DNA of 64,000 nt. Origin: Glaucostegus cemiculus. Its lineage: Eukaryota. The position numbers and the translations under genes are program-made. Of the stretch, positions 59,201 to 64,000 are shown piece after piece. The notes below the pieces were generated by a model. The model saw nothing but the letters and a program-made list of their open reading frames with translations. It did not search any database and had not been told where the DNA came from. How positions within the stretch are numbered: the stretch's first letter is position 1; every line of letters starts with the position of its first letter. Where the stretch lies: contig CDPCPM010000196.1 in assembly GCA_976551045.1 (NCBI GenBank), positions 5,146,001 to 5,210,000 of the forward strand, given 5' to 3'.

Positions 59201-62200
59201 TGTCTAAAAATAGGGGAAAGGCATTAGCTATTCTCTAGTGTTCTAGTAAATCAGCTGCGTCAAACAAACATAGAAAGATCTTCGACAGAGCATGAGCTAC
59301 GTTTTTTTTTGTTTCAGATTCCAGCATCTGTGGCATTTGTATATGCTGGGGGAGTTCATCGATGTTGATTTTCTTTTTGTGACACAGTTCAGTATATTTG
59401 GGCGATGTAGAATTGTGTAATATGTAGAAAATCTCTGTACATGGATCATTACTGATGTTATTTTTTTTCAGTTGAGGCATCTCATTAAGTACCACTTGAA
59501 CTATGTATTATTTGGTTCATCAAAACTGCTGAGAGGCACAACAGGAAACTTCGAGATATTCCTTATATCTTGAAGAAGTCTCCATCCATCACGTCTCCTG
59601 TCAACGTCAACAGGTTTCCTATTCACTGAGGGAGCAGCGCTGTCATTCTGAAGACCAAACAGCGGTTTCTCTTGATATTCCAGTAATTTATTCTGATAAG
59701 TCAGAGGAAGGCGGTTCAAAACAGATGTGACACTGTTGAACCACTGAGAATGAAAATTAAATCAAAATCAAGTGAAAATATACCAACATTTGAAATAGAT
59801 CCAAAACTACCATCTCTCTCCCTGCATTTAGGGAAGACACCATAACCAAAAATACATTAAATGGTTACAGAACATCAATAAACAATTCAACCAGTCGAAT
59901 TTATACCTGCAATCAATAACTTTAGGAGTATTACATTTCTTCTTCAATATGGAAAAAATACTTTTCACTTTTACTCTCTATTTCCTGATAGCTAACCAAT
60001 TTAGCCATTTCGACTGCATTTATCGCATAGGCGTTTCTTCATGTCAACAATGATACACACTTTCCGAAGTGAGTTCGCCATGACTGCCTGCTACTAAGTT
60101 AAGTCAAATCGAGCCGTGTTGTTTGAATGTGAACAACTACGGTGAAGTAAGTGCACAGTGAAAAACTTGCTAGCAGCAGCATTACAGGCAAACCGTTTCA
60201 AACTAGTCACAGAATATAAACCGTACATAACTTTTGCAGAATCAATCCATAGTCGTGTACGTGAGGGCAAATACTGTACTTGATTATTTTTCCAGAATGT
60301 TTCTGCCACCAGCCTGAAACAGATGGTTCTTCCATTATTGAGTGTACCTATGCGCACCTTCTTTGCAAAAGTCTGTAACATTTGCATTTCTCCAGTCCTC
60401 AGGAACAATCCATGGATCTGCAGATGTGTACATGAGTGCACCAAGGCCATTTTGGTGTTATACAAACTGACTTCAGCCGTGCTTCAGTTTCGCATTTTGA
60501 ATCAGGAGTGCGAATTCAATACAAATACCGGGGCATGGCTCCCGAGTAAACCATTAATGATCAACGAAATCAGAGAAATGTGAGTTACAGGGTCCGAATT
60601 TCGAGGCGAGTATTTAAATGCCCTTAATTCCAGCCTCTTTGAATGTGAAATAATGATTTTCCATGTGTTCAACTTACTGTATCAGACAATATTCATCAAT
60701 ATTGCCACTGTGATTTGCTTTCAAAACAGAAGGAATAACTTCGCAGAAATGCACTTGAAATTAACCAAATGAGGCTTTAACTAACATTTGTCAATATTTT
60801 CCAAGAAATCTGAAATATTTATGCAGCTGCACAGCCTTACCATGAAAACATTCATCATATGAAAACTGTTTTGTCAAATATATGAAACGTTTGACCCACA
60901 ATGTCAAATTCCTTTATTTTCACCTTCTACATACTTGCCAAATTCTCCAGTCACATGCGATTGTCTGTATATATTTCGGTTTTTATCTGATACTTCTTTC
61001 ATCTTATGCAACAAACTGAATTCCCAAACTTCAAGATTTATGAACAGATTATCCCCCTTCGCCATGAGATTTCTGAACAGTTCATGAAACCGTGAACACA
61101 ACCTCATTATTCCTTTCCTTGCACTATTTATGCATGTTAACATTTGTTGTATTTTTTATGACTTTGCTTTATACTACTACCAAAACCAACAAATCTTACG
61201 TCATGTCAGTCAGTGTTAAAACGTCTGAATCAGATTCTGATCTCACGGAAAGCGTCACGTGTTTATTACTTAATCCTTTGATAGGCTGTGGTCATGGATA
61301 CAAATTGCGATGCATTTTGCATTAACGGAAAAAAGGTGATCGATGGTCACTGTGGATGGTGGGCCGTAAGGACTCTTTCCCTGCTGATTCTATTAATCTG
61401 TGAGTCGCCAAATGCCTTGATATTGCATCCCGCTTGTTCTTTTCCCTCATTGAAACAGGTGCACTGCGGATCACTGTGACAAGGTCTTCTGTAGTAAATA
61501 ATCTGCTCCAGCTGTTCAAAGCCATGGCCTTGATGAGCGAGATAAGCGTTAAATACAACCTGGTAGGTTAATACTCGATGCGGAAATTAACTAAAGCTCA
61601 AGACTGGCTCTGACGAGGAGGTCAGTCAGAGACGTATCGAGCGATAGTGTTGGATAGCACAGATGATGCCCTTCAGCCCAACCCATCCATGGCAACATTT
61701 TGGCCAACCTCCACTCAATGAATTTTTCTCAATTAGGAGAACATCCTCCCATACCTTACCTATTAAAAGACCTTTCTAAATCCCTCTGAAGCACATTAAT
61801 TTTAGCTGATTCCGCCCCCTCCGTTGGAGCAGGTTCCACATCCAATCCATTCGCTCTCTGAAATCAAATATCCCACGGTTCCCTTGAAAAGTCATTCCCC
61901 TGATATTAAATCTATGTCCGATAGATTCTTTCAAGTCGATCGTGGGAATGGAATGTACGATTCGTTTTGAATGCGCAGGATGGTAACTTCCCGATAATCT
62001 TTAGTGGGTTTTTACCTTAAAATTAATACATCGGCATGAAAACACAAGGAGTAGGGTAGTGATCACTCTGCTGGAAGGTACTTCCAATGTCAGCAGCAGA
62101 TATGCAGTCAACTCGCAGGATAATAGTGGTAGATTTCATCCTCCTCGATATTAATAGTGACTGCGTTGCTGTGCAAGCCTCGGCATGAGTGGAATTTTAA

Positions 62201-64000
62201 AACGAATCCAGGAGATCTTTTGAGCCAGTCGATAGGTAGTCCAACTGATGAAATTGGATTGCTGAACTAATCTTATGGAATGTAGCTGAGTAACTGGTTC
62301 GATTGTCAGTGGGGGAGAATTTCGGTGTCAGTCAGCATACCTGTGTAACATATTGGGCAAATACGCACTTGTTATTAGGTGAGTCCACATCTAACATGTT
62401 TGAGTCTTTTACAGATGTTGTTTTGGATTCATGTCCAGCCTGTTGAAAGAAAGGTGAAAGGCAAGGATGGCAATGTTCATGAACTTTGGATGACGGGAGA
62501 TAACTTAGGTTTAGTCAAAAGAAAACTGAAACATTTGTCAGATCAAGGAAACTGAGAATGGCAAAGGTGCCAGAGAAATACAAATGCAGCAGTAAAACAT
62601 TGAAACAAAAAATGTGGAGAGCGACAGGGGTCATGGAATGCCCTTAGCAAGTGGGAGTAAGTAAAATCTCGATGCAGTTTATTCATATCTAATAAAATGG
62701 TACCTAGAAAGAGAAAAGGAGGTTCAAACAAGAACATTAGAAAGACATTATACCAGGACAAGTGGGCGCCGTATTTAATGGCTATTCAGAAGGAGAAGGA
62801 CGTGGATGACAGTGATATCACGAAGGGTGCGTTGATATTCTCTGGCATGCTTTAATAGGAAAGAGTATGTGCCGTGTCTCTCAAAAACGTGAAGAACTAT
62901 AGGTCCCCGGGGCCTGATGAGATCTATCCTAAGATAACGAAGGGAGCATTGCTTGAGATTGCTGAGCCTTGGCCAGAACTGTCCTTCCAATGTTATCTCT
63001 ACCAATGTAAGGCTCACCGGCCTGCTGTTTCTGGTTTATCCCTGATTACCTTTTCAATTCAGGAAGCACTACTCTGCAGTTTTCTGGCGTATCAGCCAAG
63101 TCGAACAAAGATGGAACAATTTGCGAGTAAAATGTAGTCAGAATTTTACAAAATCCGCATGTTCCACTATGGAACAGATAAGACACCCTCTATCTCTGAA
63201 GATCTCCGCTGCTTTATTCCGAAGTATCTGCCACCCCGAGGGCATTCGATACATGGACGCCCAAGGAAATACCTGCTTTCCAGTACAGTTCAACGACTAA
63301 GTGACTCCACTTGATTGCTCCAAAAATCCACACATGGATTGCGGTAACAGACACAGCTATTGTTTTACATCCATTGATACAGAGTCCAGCAGTCAGAGTC
63401 CATCTCTTTCTCTCTCACACTCTCTCTCTCCTCTCTCTCTCTCTCTCTCGCTCTATCTATCTCTCTCGCTCTCTCTTCGACTTTGTTTCCAAACAGCCAG
63501 TACGCTACAGTCATAGTCTTGCTCTCTTGAAGATTAGACAAACATACACACACACACACAACTCTACAGTCCAGTTGCCTTAAAGAGACATTCACCGAGT
63601 ATCAACCTGGATCGTTACACTTCTCATTACAATATTTGCAGAAATAGATGGAAAGTCGACAAAATAACCTTCAGAGAAAATGTGTTGATTTTTTTTTAAT
63701 GAAATCTGAAGCATTTCACCAGCTGAAGACCCAGAGTAAGGGCAACAATCTTCATCTGAAAAGTGTTTGGTGTAAAATTGACAAACGTTTGAAGGACAAT
63801 CTCGAATTCCTTGCTTTTCACCTTCACTTATCAACTTCCAGACAGTCCATTTTCGGAAGCATTCCAAATTTTCCAGATGTATGCGTTTGTCTGCATATAT
63901 TTCGGTGTTTATTTCACTCTTCCTCCATCTTCAACAGGAGACCAAAAACACAAGCTCAACGATTTGGGAACAGATTCTTATCCTAGTCCACCGATGATGC
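51531..64000 (+). repeat. ~20-kb tandem unit, copy C (partial, runs off window)
   Basis: ORFs offset 19,997-19,998 from copy B (e.g. 35343 vs 55341); offset changes to 19,987 and lower after ~62990. Confidence 0.97.
54238..56204 (+). pseudogene. GPR139-like GPCR pseudogene, copy C; exon 1 54238-54307, exon 2 55304-56204
   Basis: Translations identical to copy B (three frameshifts). Confidence 0.9.

Noticed and set aside
1-64000. CRISPR array or prokaryotic defence/RT system
   Set aside because: No short repeat-spacer array; all RTs belong to recognisable eukaryotic retroelements, and spliceosomal introns are present

Overview
Eukaryotic (vertebrate) DNA, most likely a cartilaginous fish. 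That assignment is an inference from the two-exon GPR139-like receptor, V-SINE, CR1, Rex-Babar and class I ERV content. The whole window is a head-to-tail tandem array of a ~20-kb unit: copy A 1-31533, copy B 31534-51530 (19,997 bp) and partial copy C 51531-64000. Each unit carries one frameshifted two-exon GPR139/GPR142-like GPCR pseudogene, a deleted ERV (pol/env/3'LTR) sitting inside a CR1 LINE, Rex-Babar and CR1 fragments, SINEs, and traces of older internal duplications. Copy A alone has an 11.5-kb nested insertion. A full-length L1 LINE (6133-17642, minus strand, 9-bp TSD) landed in the B-box region of a tRNA-derived SINE. That L1 was then interrupted just upstream of its RT YADD motif by a Gmr1-like Gypsy LTR retrotransposon (8334-14135; 837-bp near-identical LTRs, 4-bp TSD, tRNA-Pro PBS, PR-IN-RT-RH order) whose integrase catalytic core is deleted in frame. 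No intact host gene is evident.
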